Origin: Euglena gracilis
Taxonomy: Eukaryota
Assembly (NCBI GenBank): GCA_039621445.1
Contig: CP154954.1
Coordinates: forward strand, 62,001-126,000
Direction: 5' to 3'
Length of the DNA stretch: 64,000 nt
Notes under the pieces: model-generated
What the model was told of the DNA's origin: nothing
The model's input: the letters and a program-made list of their open reading frames with translations, nothing else
The model's database searches: none
Translations under genes and position numbers: made by a program
In this document: positions 13,796-32,442 of the stretch, piece by piece
Layout: each line of letters begins with the position of its first letter
Position numbering within the stretch: the stretch's first letter is position 1

Positions 13796-16700
13796 TTAAT
13801 TTTTAAAACCAGTACCTGCGGGAATAATATTTCCTAAAACTAAATTTTCTTTTAACCCAGATAACCAATCAGCTCTTCCTTGTAAAGCAGCTTTTGTTAA
13901 AACTCTAGTAGTTTCTTGAAAACTCGCTTGAGCTATAAAACTTTGACTAGATAGAGAAAAACGAGTCAATCCCATAATTATAGGCTCATAAACAATACTA
14001 TTTACTAGTCTTTTATTTAATACCTCTACTAAATTAAGATCTAAAAAATCCCCTACCATAAAGCTAGAATCACCTGGATTAGTAACAATCACTTTTGACG
14101 TTATTTGTTTAACAATAAGTTCAATATGTTTATCCGCTATTTTGACACCCTGAGATTTATAAACAGTCTGAACACCATCTATTAAATATTTTTGTATTAC
14201 CTCAAAACTTTTTCGCGCAGCTACAAGATTCTCATAATCATCTAAAAAAGTAAAAAAAGACTCCGTCAATATATCATGAGGGTTATTTATTATTTCTTTT
14301 AACGAAGAAGTCATTCGAGCTTCTAACAATTTTTCTACTTTAGGCAATCCTTGAACTATATCATAAGTTTTTTCTCGGACAAAATTAACGCGATATAATA
14401 ATTGGTTCTTTCTTATAAAAGGTTTATCTTCTATTCTCATCAATGTATCATCATTAGTCGAAAAAGGCATTACTTTTCGAAAAATCGAAAACTCTTTTCT
14501 TTCTTGTATTATTTGAGAAGAATGAAGAAGCTTAAAATTACTAATTATTTGACCCGTTTTAAGAAAACATCCAATTTTAAAATTACCAAAAATACGCTTT
14601 TGTTTTTTAAGATTTCGAAGCATTATAACCTTATCTTGATCAAGTATACATGTAATAATATGTGAACTTCTTTTTTTTAAAACTTTCGATTTATCAACTA
14701 AACTATTAACGTTCCTAATGTTAATAAATAATTTACCAAATTTACGAGGAAAAAGTTCTTTCTTCCTGTTAACAAATAATTCTTTTTTATGAACATTTGT
14801 AGTAGGACAAATTAATTTATTTTTAAAAGAAAATTTCTTTGTCAAATGAAAAAATAAAGAAGTAAAACTCATAATAATAGAACTTATTATCCAAAATATT
14901 TTTCCAAATTGCTTCGAATTAATTTGAGGGAAAAAGATTTGACCAGAAATTTTTGCCTTAACATCTCGAATTTCCTCAATACCAAAAACGTCATTTTTCA
15001 AGTTAGAATTTACAGATTCTCCTATTATTTGCTTATCAAATATTTTTCTTCCTGGCTTAACATATAAAAGCGTACTAGAAGGTAAAAACATAATAGATTT
15101 ACTAACGTCATTTTCGTAAATCACAATTTTTTTTTCTTGCAAAGTTAAAAAAGCTTTTTCCTTAAATTTATTATAAACTCTTCTTAACCCTGTAGTTAAA
15201 GTTGACCTATAAAAATCACTTTTACGAAGTCATACTTGATATATTATATCATACGACTACTCAATTATAATTGTGATTAATTTAATGGCTAATACTTCAT
15301 ATTTATTTTATAATTGCGATCTATAAATTTAAATACTAATAATAAACATCCCCTAACCCCAAACTAATTTTAATCGTTCCTTCTATTTTAAAACATCGTT
15401 TTTTAGAACATGTTTTATCAAATAAAGTTTAAAATTATAAATTTTATTAGAAAAACCATTTATTCTCACTCTATTTACTAAAAAATACGTAACAAAATAT
15501 AAACAACATTTTGTTTATCTATTCTGCAAAATTGATTTCAATTATAAAAAAATAAACTTACAATATAAATCAATTTAAAAAACTTTAAGTTACTATCTAT
15601 AACAAGTAATAAATATAAAAATTGTAATACAATAACAAAGACAATTAGTCTAAAATAGAAAGTTTAATTCTGCCATTAAATATTGTAAAATTAAAAACGA
15701 TACACACTTCAAATCGTACCATATTTTTCCATTTAAAGGAGATGTTATAACTTCTTTTGCCTTTGCAGAAAAAACACCACCCGTATGAAAAGTTCGCATT
15801 GTTAATTGCGTACCAGGCTCACCTATTGATTGAGCAGCTAAAATTCCTACACATTCACCAAGTTCTACCATTTTGCCACAGGCTAAATTCCAACCATAGC
15901 ATATTTGGCATATGCCTTCCATTAATACACAATTAAAAGGTGTACGAATATAAACCTCGGGAAAATTAATAATTTTTTTAAACGTATAGACTGAAAGTTA
16001 ATATTTAATAAAAATATTTCTCATTCGAAACCGAGCATGAAAATTCTTTTTCACTCGGCTACCTAAAAATCATAAACTTTTTATGATATTTAAGAAATAT
16101 ATCAGCATATGCCGGTGATTACACCTACTACTTTTCATAGAGTATTTTAAACGTTTTTATAACATCGTTCAGACCTTTTGCTTCATATTCCATCCTTATA
16201 AATAAAAATTCAATTCGTTTATACCATAACTACTATACATAAAAGGTATGTTTTAAAATGGCTCCTAATATAACTCCCCCTTAATTTTCAATAACAAAGT
16301 GTAATAAAATATTATAAAAAAAGTTGAAGCTTTTTAGTTTCTTAATTTTCTGTAAACCATATAAAATTACTATTTCAAATACTTTTAATACTTTGAAATT
16401 TTAATCCTGTTTTTTTATTCTAATAAAAAGGAAATTATGTTTAATAACAATGATCTGTATATTATTAGAATTTCGCTAATTTTAAAGTATAATAATCTTA
16501 GATAAAAATTAATATAAAAGAATTTGCCACATTCCTTAAATTTTAAAATTTTTGTAGCTCGAACCACACATTACAAATATCTTGACCAGCACTAACTAAA
16601 ATATCACCTGTTTTGGCATTAACAATAGTTTTTGCTAATACTCTACCAATTAATTTTTCCTTCAAAAACTTTAGTTCTTCTTTATCTTGGTTTTGTAGTA

Positions 16701-17382
16701 ATACGCACGTATTATATTTTGTAAAACAATCCGACCTTTTTACAATTAAGTTTTGTGCTGTATAAATCATTCGTCTAGTTAAATACCCAGCATTAGCTGT
16801 TTTTAAAGCAGTATCAATTAAGCCTTTTCTAGCACCGTAACAAGAAACAAAATATTCAGTAATATTTAAACCTTCTTTAAAATTAGTTTTTATTGGAAAA
16901 GGAATTACATTACCCTGAGAATCGGACATTAGTCCTCGCATACCTATCAATTGTTTCACCTGTGTAATACTACCCCTTGCACCTGACAAAGTCATAGAAT
17001 ACAAAGGATTCAAAAAGTCGGATTGTCTCAAATTATTAATAGATTCTTTCTTCAAATTTTCATTAACGACATTCCAAATATCCCTTTCTTCATCCAAAAC
17101 ATTAATGAAATTTATCATACCATTTTTATATCGATTTCTCGTTTTAAATAAAATTTTTTCAGAACTTTTAACCAAATTTGCTTTTGAAGAAGGAATTTTA
17201 AGATCTCCAAGTCCTAATGATAATCCAGTGGTTGTTGCATAGGTAAAACCAAAATTTTTCATTTTATCCAATAACTCTTTTGTTCGGATACTACCATAAT
17301 TTGACAAAAACCAGCTAATTAAATTTCTAATTTCATTTTTATCAAAAACTCTATTAAAACATACTATATTTCCGAAATTCAT
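13796..17382 (-). CDS. rpoC2: RNA polymerase beta'' subunit, exons ~17382-16570, 15988-15708, 15194-13796; two group II introns
   Basis: [66 protein letters not shown]. Confidence 0.97.
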
Positions 17383-17473
17383 AATTAAAATAATAATTTA
17401 ACAAACTTATTGAAATAAATCAATAAAATAATAAACTTTAAAACTACTTAGCTCATACAAAAAATTAAAGTAT

Positions 17474-18345
<872 letters not shown>

Positions 18346-18769
18346 TCATAAAAAAAAAAATAAAAAAAAGAAAAAAGAAAAAACAAACGAATCTAATACA
18401 GGAATAACAAAATTGCTCGCGTTATAAAATGACTTTTTACTTCCCGAATACCAAATAAAAACTTAAATCTAATCTAAATATTTAAAAGAATAGGATGAAA
18501 AAATTCCAAAGTAATAAATAAAAAAATATATTTTTCAAATATTAAACAAATTTAATTTATAAATAAAATATTCATAAAAAATACAAAAAAAATCATGGTA
18601 AATAATAACAACAAAAAAAAGAGAAAAAGAAGATTCAGTAGGTATAAACAACAATAAAAGATAGATACAACCAAGCAAAGCAAAAAAACCAAAGTTCCTG
18701 TAAGAACTAAAAACTAATTCTTTACAAACAAAGATTTTAAATTTTTAAACATAGATAAAAGATATTTAG

Positions 18770-19508
18770 TAAATCGTGCCCCAACTTTGCAGAGAGAGGA
18801 ATACAATTTTCAACAAAAGAAAGCTATTTTATTAACAGTTGTTCAGGCTGATGGACCAAACTGATTCATATAATGCAGGAAATCGCGCTGAAGCTCGAAG
18901 ATGGGGTCATTAAGCATTTACCTCGAGGTACCGAGTATTTTGCCTAGGGACATGGTTTTAGGAGATACGGACGAAATTGTAATCTTGATTTTATTTAACT
19001 AACTTAGTGTTTTTATAAAATACTATTTAATTATTTTATTGATATTAAAATATTATTTATTTGTATTAGGAATTATAATCTCAAATTAATTAATAAAAAT
19101 TTATGCTAATATTGAGAAGGTTAAAAGTGCTTATCATAAAGGTGAAATATTGATTCAAACATTTGTTTGGTTAATTTGTCAAAAATTTCCTAATATTTTA
19201 AAGAATAGTAAAATAAGAATTAAAAAAAAAAGGATGGTAAAAAAGTTAGTTTTTTTTGTTTGAAATATTGTAATTAAAATATTGGAAAATTTTTACTTTT
19301 TTGTAGTTTATTAAATAAATTTTTTACATTACTTTTTAAGTTAAAATTTTAGTATTTTTTTTTTTAATAAATTTTATAATTGATTTTAGAGTTGTAGATT
19401 TTGAAAATTTTCTTTTATTTCAAAAATATGGTTTATTTTAAAAACAATAATATTCGCACCACTATAGGGAGAATTTTTTTTGATGATATGATTAAAGAAT
19501 TTCTATAA
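18770..19508 (+). pseudogene. rpoC1: Inverted copy of rpoC1 3' part, heavily corrupted to ~19050
   Basis: aatcgtgccccaactttgc (NRAPTL) and gatggaccaaa remnants; clean from ~19070 to TAA at 19506-19508. Confidence 0.7.
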
Positions 19509-19599
19509 ATACTTTAATTTTTTGTATGAGCTAAGTAGTTTTAAAGTTTATTATTTTATTGATTTATTTCAATAAGTTTGTTAAATTATTATTTTAATT

Positions 19600-22500
19600 A
19601 TGAATTTCGGAAATATAGTATGTTTTAATAGAGTTTTTGATAAAAATGAAATTAGAAATTTAATTAGCTGGTTTTTGTCAAATTATGGTAGTATCCGAAC
19701 AAAAGAGTTATTGGATAAAATGAAAAATTTTGGTTTTACCTATGCAACAACCACTGGATTATCATTAGGACTTGGAGATCTTAAAATTCCTTCTTCAAAA
19801 GCAAATTTGGTTAAAAGTTCTGAAAAAATTTTATTTAAAACGAGAAATCGATATAAAAATGGTATGATAAATTTCATTAATGTTTTGGATGAAGAAAGGG
19901 ATATTTGGAATGTCGTTAATGAAAATTTGAAGAAAGAATCTATTAATAATTTGAGACAATCCGACTTTTTGAATCCTTTGTATTCTATGACTTTGTCAGG
20001 TGCAAGGGGTAGTATTACACAGGTGAAACAATTGATAGGTATGCGAGGACTAATGTCCGATTCTCAGGGTAATGTAATTCCTTTTCCAATAAAAACTAAT
20101 TTTAAAGAAGGTTTAAATATTACTGAATATTTTGTTTCTTGTTACGGTGCTAGAAAAGGCTTAATTGATACTGCTTTAAAAACAGCTAATGCTGGGTATT
20201 TAACTAGACGAATGATTTATACAGCACAAAACTTAATTGTAAAAAGGTCGGATTGTTTTACAAAATATAATACGTGCGTATTACTACAAAACCAAGATAA
20301 AGAAGAACTAAAGTTTTTGAAGGAAAAATTAATTGGTAGAGTATTAGCAAAAACTATTGTTAATGCCAAAACAGGTGATATTTTAGTTAGTGCTGGTCAA
20401 GATATTTGTAATGTGTGGTTCGAGCTACAAAAATTTTAAAATTTAAGGAATGTGGCAAATTCTTTTATATTAATTTTTATCTAAGATTATTATACTTTAA
20501 AATTAGCGAAATTCTAATAATATACAGATCATTGTTATTAAACATAATTTCCTTTTTATTAGAATAAAAAAACAGGATTAAAATTTCAAAGTATTAAAAG
20601 TATTTGAAATAGTAATTTTATATGGTTTACAGAAAATTAAGAAACTAAAAAGCTTCAACTTTTTTTATAATATTTTATTACACTTTGTTATTGAAAATTA
20701 AGGGGGAGTTATATTAGGAGCCATTTTAAAACATACCTTTTATGTATAGTAGTTATGGTATAAACGAATTGAATTTTTATTTATAAGGATGGAATATGAA
20801 GCAAAAGGTCTGAACGATGTTATAAAAACGTTTAAAATACTCTATGAAAAGTAGTAGGTGTAATCACCGGCATATGCTGATATATTTCTTAAATATCATA
20901 AAAAGTTTATGATTTTTAGGTAGCCGAGTGAAAAAGAATTTTCATGCTCGGTTTCGAATGAGAAATATTTTTATTAAATATTAACTTTCAGTCTATACGT
21001 TTAAAAAAATTATTAATTTTCCCGAGGTTTATATTCGTACACCTTTTAATTGTGTATTAATGGAAGGCATATGCCAAATATGCTATGGTTGGAATTTAGC
21101 CTGTGGCAAAATGGTAGAACTTGGTGAATGTGTAGGAATTTTAGCTGCTCAATCAATAGGTGAGCCTGGTACGCAATTAACAATGCGAACTTTTCATACG
21201 GGTGGTGTTTTTTCTGCAAAGGCAAAAGAAGTTATAACATCTCCTTTAAATGGAAAAATATGGTACGATTTGAAGTGTGTATCGTTTTTAATTTTACAAT
21301 ATTTAATGGCAGAATTAAACTTTCTATTTTAGACTAATTGTCTTTGTTATTGTATTACAATTTTTATATTTATTACTTGTTATAGATAGTAACTTAAAGT
21401 TTTTTAAATTGATTTATATTGTAAGTTTATTTTTTTATAATTGAAATCAATTTTGCAGAATAGATAAACAAAATGTTGTTTATATTTTGTTACGTATTTT
21501 TTTAGTAAATAGAGTGAGAATAAATGGTTTTTCTAATAAAATTTATAATTTTAAACTTTATTTGATAAAACATGTTCTAAAAAACGATGTTTTAAAATAG
21601 AAGGAACGATTAAAATTAGTTTGGGGTTAGGGGATGTTTATTATTAGTATTTAAATTTATAGATCGCAATTATAAAATAAATATGAAGTATTAGCCATTA
21701 AATTAATCACAATTATAATTGAGTAGTCGTATGATATAATATATCAAGTATGACTTCGTAAAAGTGATTTTTATAGGTCAACTTTAACTACAGGGTTAAG
21801 AAGAGTTTATAATAAATTTAAGGAAAAAGCTTTTTTAACTTTGCAAGAAAAAAAAATTGTGATTTACGAAAATGACGTTAGTAAATCTATTATGTTTTTA
21901 CCTTCTAGTACGCTTTTATATGTTAAGCCAGGAAGAAAAATATTTGATAAGCAAATAATAGGAGAATCTGTAAATTCTAACTTGAAAAATGACGTTTTTG
22001 GTATTGAGGAAATTCGAGATGTTAAGGCAAAAATTTCTGGTCAAATCTTTTTCCCTCAAATTAATTCGAAGCAATTTGGAAAAATATTTTGGATAATAAG
22101 TTCTATTATTATGAGTTTTACTTCTTTATTTTTTCATTTGACAAAGAAATTTTCTTTTAAAAATAAATTAATTTGTCCTACTACAAATGTTCATAAAAAA
22201 GAATTATTTGTTAACAGGAAGAAAGAACTTTTTCCTCGTAAATTTGGTAAATTATTTATTAACATTAGGAACGTTAATAGTTTAGTTGATAAATCGAAAG
22301 TTTTAAAAAAAAGAAGTTCACATATTATTACATGTATACTTGATCAAGATAAGGTTATAATGCTTCGAAATCTTAAAAAACAAAAGCGTATTTTTGGTAA
22401 TTTTAAAATTGGATGTTTTCTTAAAACGGGTCAAATAATTAGTAATTTTAAGCTTCTTCATTCTTCTCAAATAATACAAGAAAGAAAAGAGTTTTCGATT

Positions 22501-23187
22501 TTTCGAAAAGTAATGCCTTTTTCGACTAATGATGATACATTGATGAGAATAGAAGATAAACCTTTTATAAGAAAGAACCAATTATTATATCGCGTTAATT
22601 TTGTCCGAGAAAAAACTTATGATATAGTTCAAGGATTGCCTAAAGTAGAAAAATTGTTAGAAGCTCGAATGACTTCTTCGTTAAAAGAAATAATAAATAA
22701 CCCTCATGATATATTGACGGAGTCTTTTTTTACTTTTTTAGATGATTATGAGAATCTTGTAGCTGCGCGAAAAAGTTTTGAGGTAATACAAAAATATTTA
22801 ATAGATGGTGTTCAGACTGTTTATAAATCTCAGGGTGTCAAAATAGCGGATAAACATATTGAACTTATTGTTAAACAAATAACGTCAAAAGTGATTGTTA
22901 CTAATCCAGGTGATTCTAGCTTTATGGTAGGGGATTTTTTAGATCTTAATTTAGTAGAGGTATTAAATAAAAGACTAGTAAATAGTATTGTTTATGAGCC
23001 TATAATTATGGGATTGACTCGTTTTTCTCTATCTAGTCAAAGTTTTATAGCTCAAGCGAGTTTTCAAGAAACTACTAGAGTTTTAACAAAAGCTGCTTTA
23101 CAAGGAAGAGCTGATTGGTTATCTGGGTTAAAAGAAAATTTAGTTTTAGGAAATATTATTCCCGCAGGTACTGGTTTTAAAAATTAA
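19600..23187 (+). CDS. rpoC2: rpoC2 inverted duplicate (exons ~19600-20412, 20994-21274, 21789-23187)
   Basis: Translations identical to the minus-strand copy. Confidence 0.9.
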
Positions 23188-23217
23188 TTAGCAAAATTTA
23201 CTATAATTTGAGTAACT

Positions 23218-23290
23218 GGGGGTATAGCTCAGTTGGTAGAGCGTCTGCCTTACAAGCAGAATGTCAGCGGTTCGAATCCGTTTGCCCTCA
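23218..23290 (+). tRNA. trnV: tRNA-Val(UAC), inverted duplicate
   Basis: Reverse complement of 13693-13765. Confidence 0.9.
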
Positions 23291-23306
23291 AAGGTTATTT
23301 ACTTTA

Positions 23307-23378
23307 TCCTTAATAGCTCAGTGGTAGAGCAATCGGCTGTTAACCGATCGGTCGTAGGTTCGAATCCTACTTAAGGAG
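23307..23378 (+). tRNA. trnN: tRNA-Asn(GUU), inverted duplicate
   Basis: Reverse complement of 13605-13676. Confidence 0.9.
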
Positions 23379-23381
23379 TAA

Positions 23382-23455
23382 GGGCTTGTAGCTCAGTGGA
23401 CTAGAGCACGTGGCTACGAACTACGGAGTCAGGGGTTCGAATCCCTTCTTGCCCG
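23382..23455 (+). tRNA. trnR: tRNA-Arg(ACG), inverted duplicate
   Basis: Reverse complement of 13528-13601. Confidence 0.9.
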
Positions 23456-23500
23456 ATTGATTAGTAATTTCGTTATTTTTTATGATCATTTAATTTTTAA

Positions 23501-23584
23501 TACAGGCAGAGAGACTCGAACTCTCACATCATAAAGACACAGGAACCTAAATCCTGCGCGTCTACCAAATTCCGCCATGCCTGC
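23501..23584 (-). tRNA. trnL: tRNA-Leu(UAG), inverted duplicate
   Basis: Reverse complement of 13399-13482. Confidence 0.9.
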
Positions 23585-23655
23585 TTTATCAATATTAATA
23601 AATGTTAATATTGTTTTTTATTTATTTTAAAACGTGTTAAATAAATTTTGTTATT

Positions 23656-24228
23656 TTATATTCTACGTCTCTTGCTAGGTCGACATCCATTATGTGGTAA
23701 GGGAGTGACATCTCTTATGCAACTTATGCGTAGACCTAAACTTTGTACGCATTTTAAAGCTGTTTCTCGTCCGGTTCCAGGTCCACTAATGTTTATCTCA
23801 ACTTTTTGAAGTCCTTGTTCTATAGCTTTCTTAACGGCAATTGCAGTAGTTGTCTTTGTAGCTAACGGTGTAGCCTTTTTCGAGCTTTTAAAACCGCATG
23901 CTCCTGAAGATGACCAAGCGATTACATTTCCTTTTGGATCACTTACCGAAACTAAGAATTTAATTAGATGTATTTTCTATTATTTAATATAAAGGAAAAT
24001 TTTTTTTAGTTTTATTGTGATGATTTTTTGTATAATTTTTTTAATATTAAATCGCTTCATTATTATAAGTTGTTTTTTTAAGATATTGATTTTTAAATGC
24101 TTTTTTTTAAAGATAAAAATTATAATAACTTTATATTACATTATATACTATTAATTTTTGATTGCATGTAAGTTTAATCCCATAATATGGACAATTCCTT
24201 TTGGAAATTTTTTTTTTGTTATTTTGAT

Positions 24229-24252
<24 letters not shown>
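23656..24252 (-). CDS. rps11: rps11 inverted duplicate; start lost in a poly-T tract
   Basis: Reverse complement of 12731-13327; has the canonical TPLPHNGCRP. Confidence 0.8.
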
Positions 24253-24265
<13 letters not shown>

Positions 24266-24375
24266 AATATTTTTTTTTTAGAACAAAATTTTCAAAAAGC
24301 ATGATTTCCTTGAGTTTTTAATATTTATTTCATTTTTTATATTATTCACAATTTTCCCTATAAATTAATTTATAA

Positions 24376-24898
24376 TTAGACCTTGCGTGAATAGAATTCG
24401 ATTACTAAAAGTTCATTAACTATTAACGATATCGCTTTTCTATTGATTAAACCAATAATTTTTGCTTCTAAGTTTTTTTTGTTAAGAGATAAATGTGGTG
24501 GTATTAATAGTAATTCTTTAGATTCTATGTTTTTTTGTATGACATTTTCTGATACAGTACTTTTTTTAGGTTTTATAATACTTTTTGGTTGGCAAATAAA
24601 ACTAGGTATATTGATAACTTTGTCATCTACACAAATGTGACCATGATTTATTAGTTGTTTTGCAGCCATTATTGTAGGTGCAAAACCTATTCGATGTACA
24701 ATATTATCTAATCTCATTTCCAAAAAAGTTAGCAAAAATCTTCCGGATGATCCTTTTTTTTTCCTAGATTTTTTTACATAATTTAGAAGTTGTCTTTCGG
24801 TTATTCCGTAGTTAAATCGCAGTTTTTGTTTTTCTTTTAATCTTATGTTATATTTTGATATTTTTTTTTTCCTTTTAAAGGATGTTGCTGGTTGCCCC
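24376..24898 (-). CDS. rps4: rps4 inverted duplicate, 5' end lost where the sequence degrades
   Basis: LEMRLDN...EFYSRKV; match to the first copy ends at ~24898. Confidence 0.8.
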
Positions 24899-29300
<4,402 letters not shown>

Positions 29301-29611
29301 GGTTTTTTTATTTTTTTTAATTATTAATTTTTAATTTTTTTAATATTTTTTATAAACTTTAGTTTTTTATTTTTGAAAAATTTATTGAGATTCAAACTTA
29401 GGGCTGATTTTATTTTTTTTAAAATTAATTACCAACGAGTTGAGTTAAGATTATTTTAATGACTATTTTTTATATTTTAAAAAAGTTTTTTCTTTAAAAT
29501 TTTATTATTTTTTTTCGTAAAAAAAAATTTTTTTTTATATTTTTTTTTAAAAAAAAAAAAAAAAAAAAAATTTTATTATTAGAAAAAAAGAAAAATTTAG
29601 TTTAAAGGTTT

Positions 29612-29673
<62 letters not shown>

Positions 29674-30111
29674 CTTTTTTTTTTTTAATTTGTTTGGAAT
29701 TTTAATTATTCAAAAAATTTATTTATTTTTTATGTTTTTTATTGATTTTTTTTTTTTTTAAAAAATTTTAAAAAACCAAAAAAACCTATACAACTAAATT
29801 TTATTTAATATATATTTTAATTATTTATTTTTTTATATTTTTTAAAAATTTTTTATTTTTTATTATTTTTTTTTTCAATTAATATTTTTATATTTTTCAC
29901 ACTCATTTTTTTTAAAAAAAATTATTATTATAGAAAAAAAATCCTTAATTGGTAACGTTGTGATTATGTTACTTCATCGTAGTGGGTCGCAAGTTCGAAT
30001 TGAAGGTTTGCAATTTTTTTTTTCATTTTTTTTTTTTTTTGTATAATGGAGATATGGGAGTTTGAGGTTTTCAAAAAATGATTTATTTTTTTTTTTTTTT
30101 TAGATTTTATT

Positions 30112-30444
30112 ATGTTTTATTTTATGTGCTCAATGGTTCCCGAAAGGGATTATCAAAAATTAATGGAAGATAAAAAGGAATTAGAAAGAAATGATTATCC
30201 TATTTTTAATGAAAAAAAACCTAATGATCAACTTTTTAGTTGGGAAGATGTTGTTCTGAGAAACGAAATTGCTGAAAAACGTCGCAGAAAACAGTATGGC
30301 GAATCATATGAATATGATTCTAAGCAAAGAGAAAAGCAATTTTATGAGTTTATTGAAAAATTTCTTGAGGAAAAAGGAGTTGAGTTACCGCGTAACTTAT
30401 ACACAGATAATACTATTATAGAAATGCAAAAAACGGAGGAGTAA
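30112..30444 (+). CDS. Hypothetical protein fragment (110 aa), local similarity to the 351-aa ORF
   Basis: Complex charged sequence; EDKKELERND...PNDQ vs EEKKELEIND...ANDQ. Confidence 0.45.
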   Translation: MFYFMCSMVPERDYQKLMEDKKELERNDYPIFNEKKPNDQLFSWEDVVLRNEIAEKRRRKQYGESYEYDSKQREKQFYEFIEKFLEEKGVELPRNLYTDNTIIEMQKTEE

Positions 30445-31365
30445 AAAAATTACCTCTGATGTCAATACATACTATTTTCGATTTCAAAGAAAAATATCAA
30501 TATATTAAATTTTTTATGTATTAAATAACTTGATACATAATTATTAGTAGTCACTACGTTTTTTATACGTAATATTATTTCCTTAACACATGGTTTTTTA
30601 TATAAAAATAGGTCAATTTTTTTTATTATTTTTTTAGAAAAAAAAAAATGCTTTGTAGACTATGTGGTAACTACATTTCAGTATCGTAATTAGTACGACA
30701 GCTCGAATTTGGGTTTTGCAATTTTTTTTTTCATTTTTTTTTTTTTTTTTTTTAATTGGGGGGGGTTGTTCTAAAATTCGGTGATTTTATTTATGGGAGA
30801 TTTTTATGCATTCAATAGTGCCGGGTAAAAATTGGCATGTTTTTATTAAGACAGGATTCGGTAGTTTTGAGGATTTTAACTTATTATTCATCAAAAAAAG
30901 CAATTTCTTACATTTTATTTATGATTTTTAGGATGTATTTATTCAGAAAATTTATTTTTTTCTTTAAGCAAAACTGTTTTATTTTTTTTGCTTATATATT
31001 TTTCCTTGATTCCAGAGTTCTTGCAATTTACTTCGGGATTTTTTAAAATTTAACCTACAACGAAATTGTAGTTAAGATATATTTTAATGATCTATTTTTT
31101 TATATTTTTTAAAAAGTTGTTATTTGTTATTATTTTTTTTTTCAATTAAGATTTTTATATTTTTCACACTCATTTTTTTTTAAAAAAATTATTATTATAG
31201 AAAAAAAATCCTTAATTGGTAACGTTGTGATTATGTTACTTCATCGTAGTGGGTCGCAAGTTCGAATTGAAGGTTTGCAAATTTTTTTTTTCATTTTTTT
31301 TTTTTTTTTTTTTTATTGAGATATGGAAGTTTGAGGTTTTTAAAAAATGATTTATTTTTTTATTT

Positions 31366-32421
31366 ATGGGAGATTTTATTATGTATTTAATGGTTTCAGG
31401 AAAAAACTGGCATTTTTTTATTAAAACAGGGTTCGGTAGTTTTGAGGATTTTAACTTATTATTCATCAAAAAGTGGAAAGAGTTAATTAATTATAACTCT
31501 ATTTCTTTTATTATTTATGGTTTTGATTTGTCTGAAAATAATTTAAACAACTTTTGTGAAGTGACTATAGAGGTCTATATAGAATTTAATAAAAATTACC
31601 GAAGGCATGGTCTTAAAAAATTATTTTCTTTTGAAAAAAATTCTGTTATTGTAGAAAAGGGATCGAGTAGTAAAACTTCACTTGATAATTTTTTTTCTAA
31701 AACAGGGAATAAAAACATTGAAGTTTGTTGGTCAGGTGTTCCAAGGTTTGAAAATGGTTTAAAAAATTCTTTAAGTTTTGATTTTGTTATTAAAAATAAT
31801 TTATTAAGTCGTGCGCGAAAAGATCATTGTTTTCCTTCGTTTTTTTCTAAATTGATTTCCAATTCCTCAGAAAATTATTTAAAAGTGAAAGAAAAAATAA
31901 CAGAAGAGAAAAAGGAATTAGAAATAAATGATTCTAATAATTTTTTACACGATCATTTTAATGTTTTGAAAGCTAATGATCAATTTTTAAACATCATTGA
32001 AAAATATATAATAGAGTACAAAAATTTGTTTTTTTTAACGAGTAAAAACGATGCAATAAAACTTCGTTCTATGTTGTTGAAGTATATATCTGAAGTCGCA
32101 GTATTAGAAAATAGTATCTCAAATTCTAATATTTCTAATATTTTTTTATTTAAGCAAGCTTCTAAGTTTTATAAACATAATTCTTTAAAAAACGATAATT
32201 ATAAAAACTGGGATTTTAACTGGATTTTTGTGGAAATGCTTCTTATTTTTTTTCTAGAAAAAGCAAAAAATAAAAAAATTGATAAATTTGAATTATATAC
32301 TTTAGTGAACAAAGAAATTTATGGTGAAGAACAGTTAGATATAATGGTTAAAAACTTTAGAAAAAGAGCTTGTGAAAATGTCGATTTACGGCAGATTCGG
32401 TCTTCATTGCCTTGTTTTTGA
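31366..32421 (+). CDS. Hypothetical plastid protein, 351 aa (probably the E. gracilis ORF350)
   Basis: 1056-nt open frame in strongly AT-rich DNA upstream of the rDNA array; size and position fit my recollection of ORF350. Confidence 0.75.
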   Translation: MGDFIMYLMVSGKNWHFFIKTGFGSFEDFNLLFIKKWKELINYNSISFIIYGFDLSENNLNNFCEVTIEVYIEFNKNYRRHGLKKLFSFEKNSVIVEKGSSSKTSLDNFFSKTGNKNIEVCWSGVPRFENGLKNSLSFDFVIKNNLLSRARKDHCFPSFFSKLISNSSENYLKVKEKITEEKKELEINDSNNFLHDHFNVLKANDQFLNIIEKYIIEYKNLFFLTSKNDAIKLRSMLLKYISEVAVLENSISNSNISNIFLFKQASKFYKHNSLKNDNYKNWDFNWIFVEMLLIFFLEKAKNKKIDKFELYTLVNKEIYGEEQLDIMVKNFRKRACENVDLRQIRSSLPCF

Positions 32422-32442
32422 TTTTTATATAGGGAGAAAAGT

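Noticed and set aside
6099..14665. Antisense or overlapping ORFs (6099-6383, 8057-8293, 11767-12138, 12343-12540, 14402-14665)
   Set aside because: Shadows of real genes or tRNAs with no recognisable motifs
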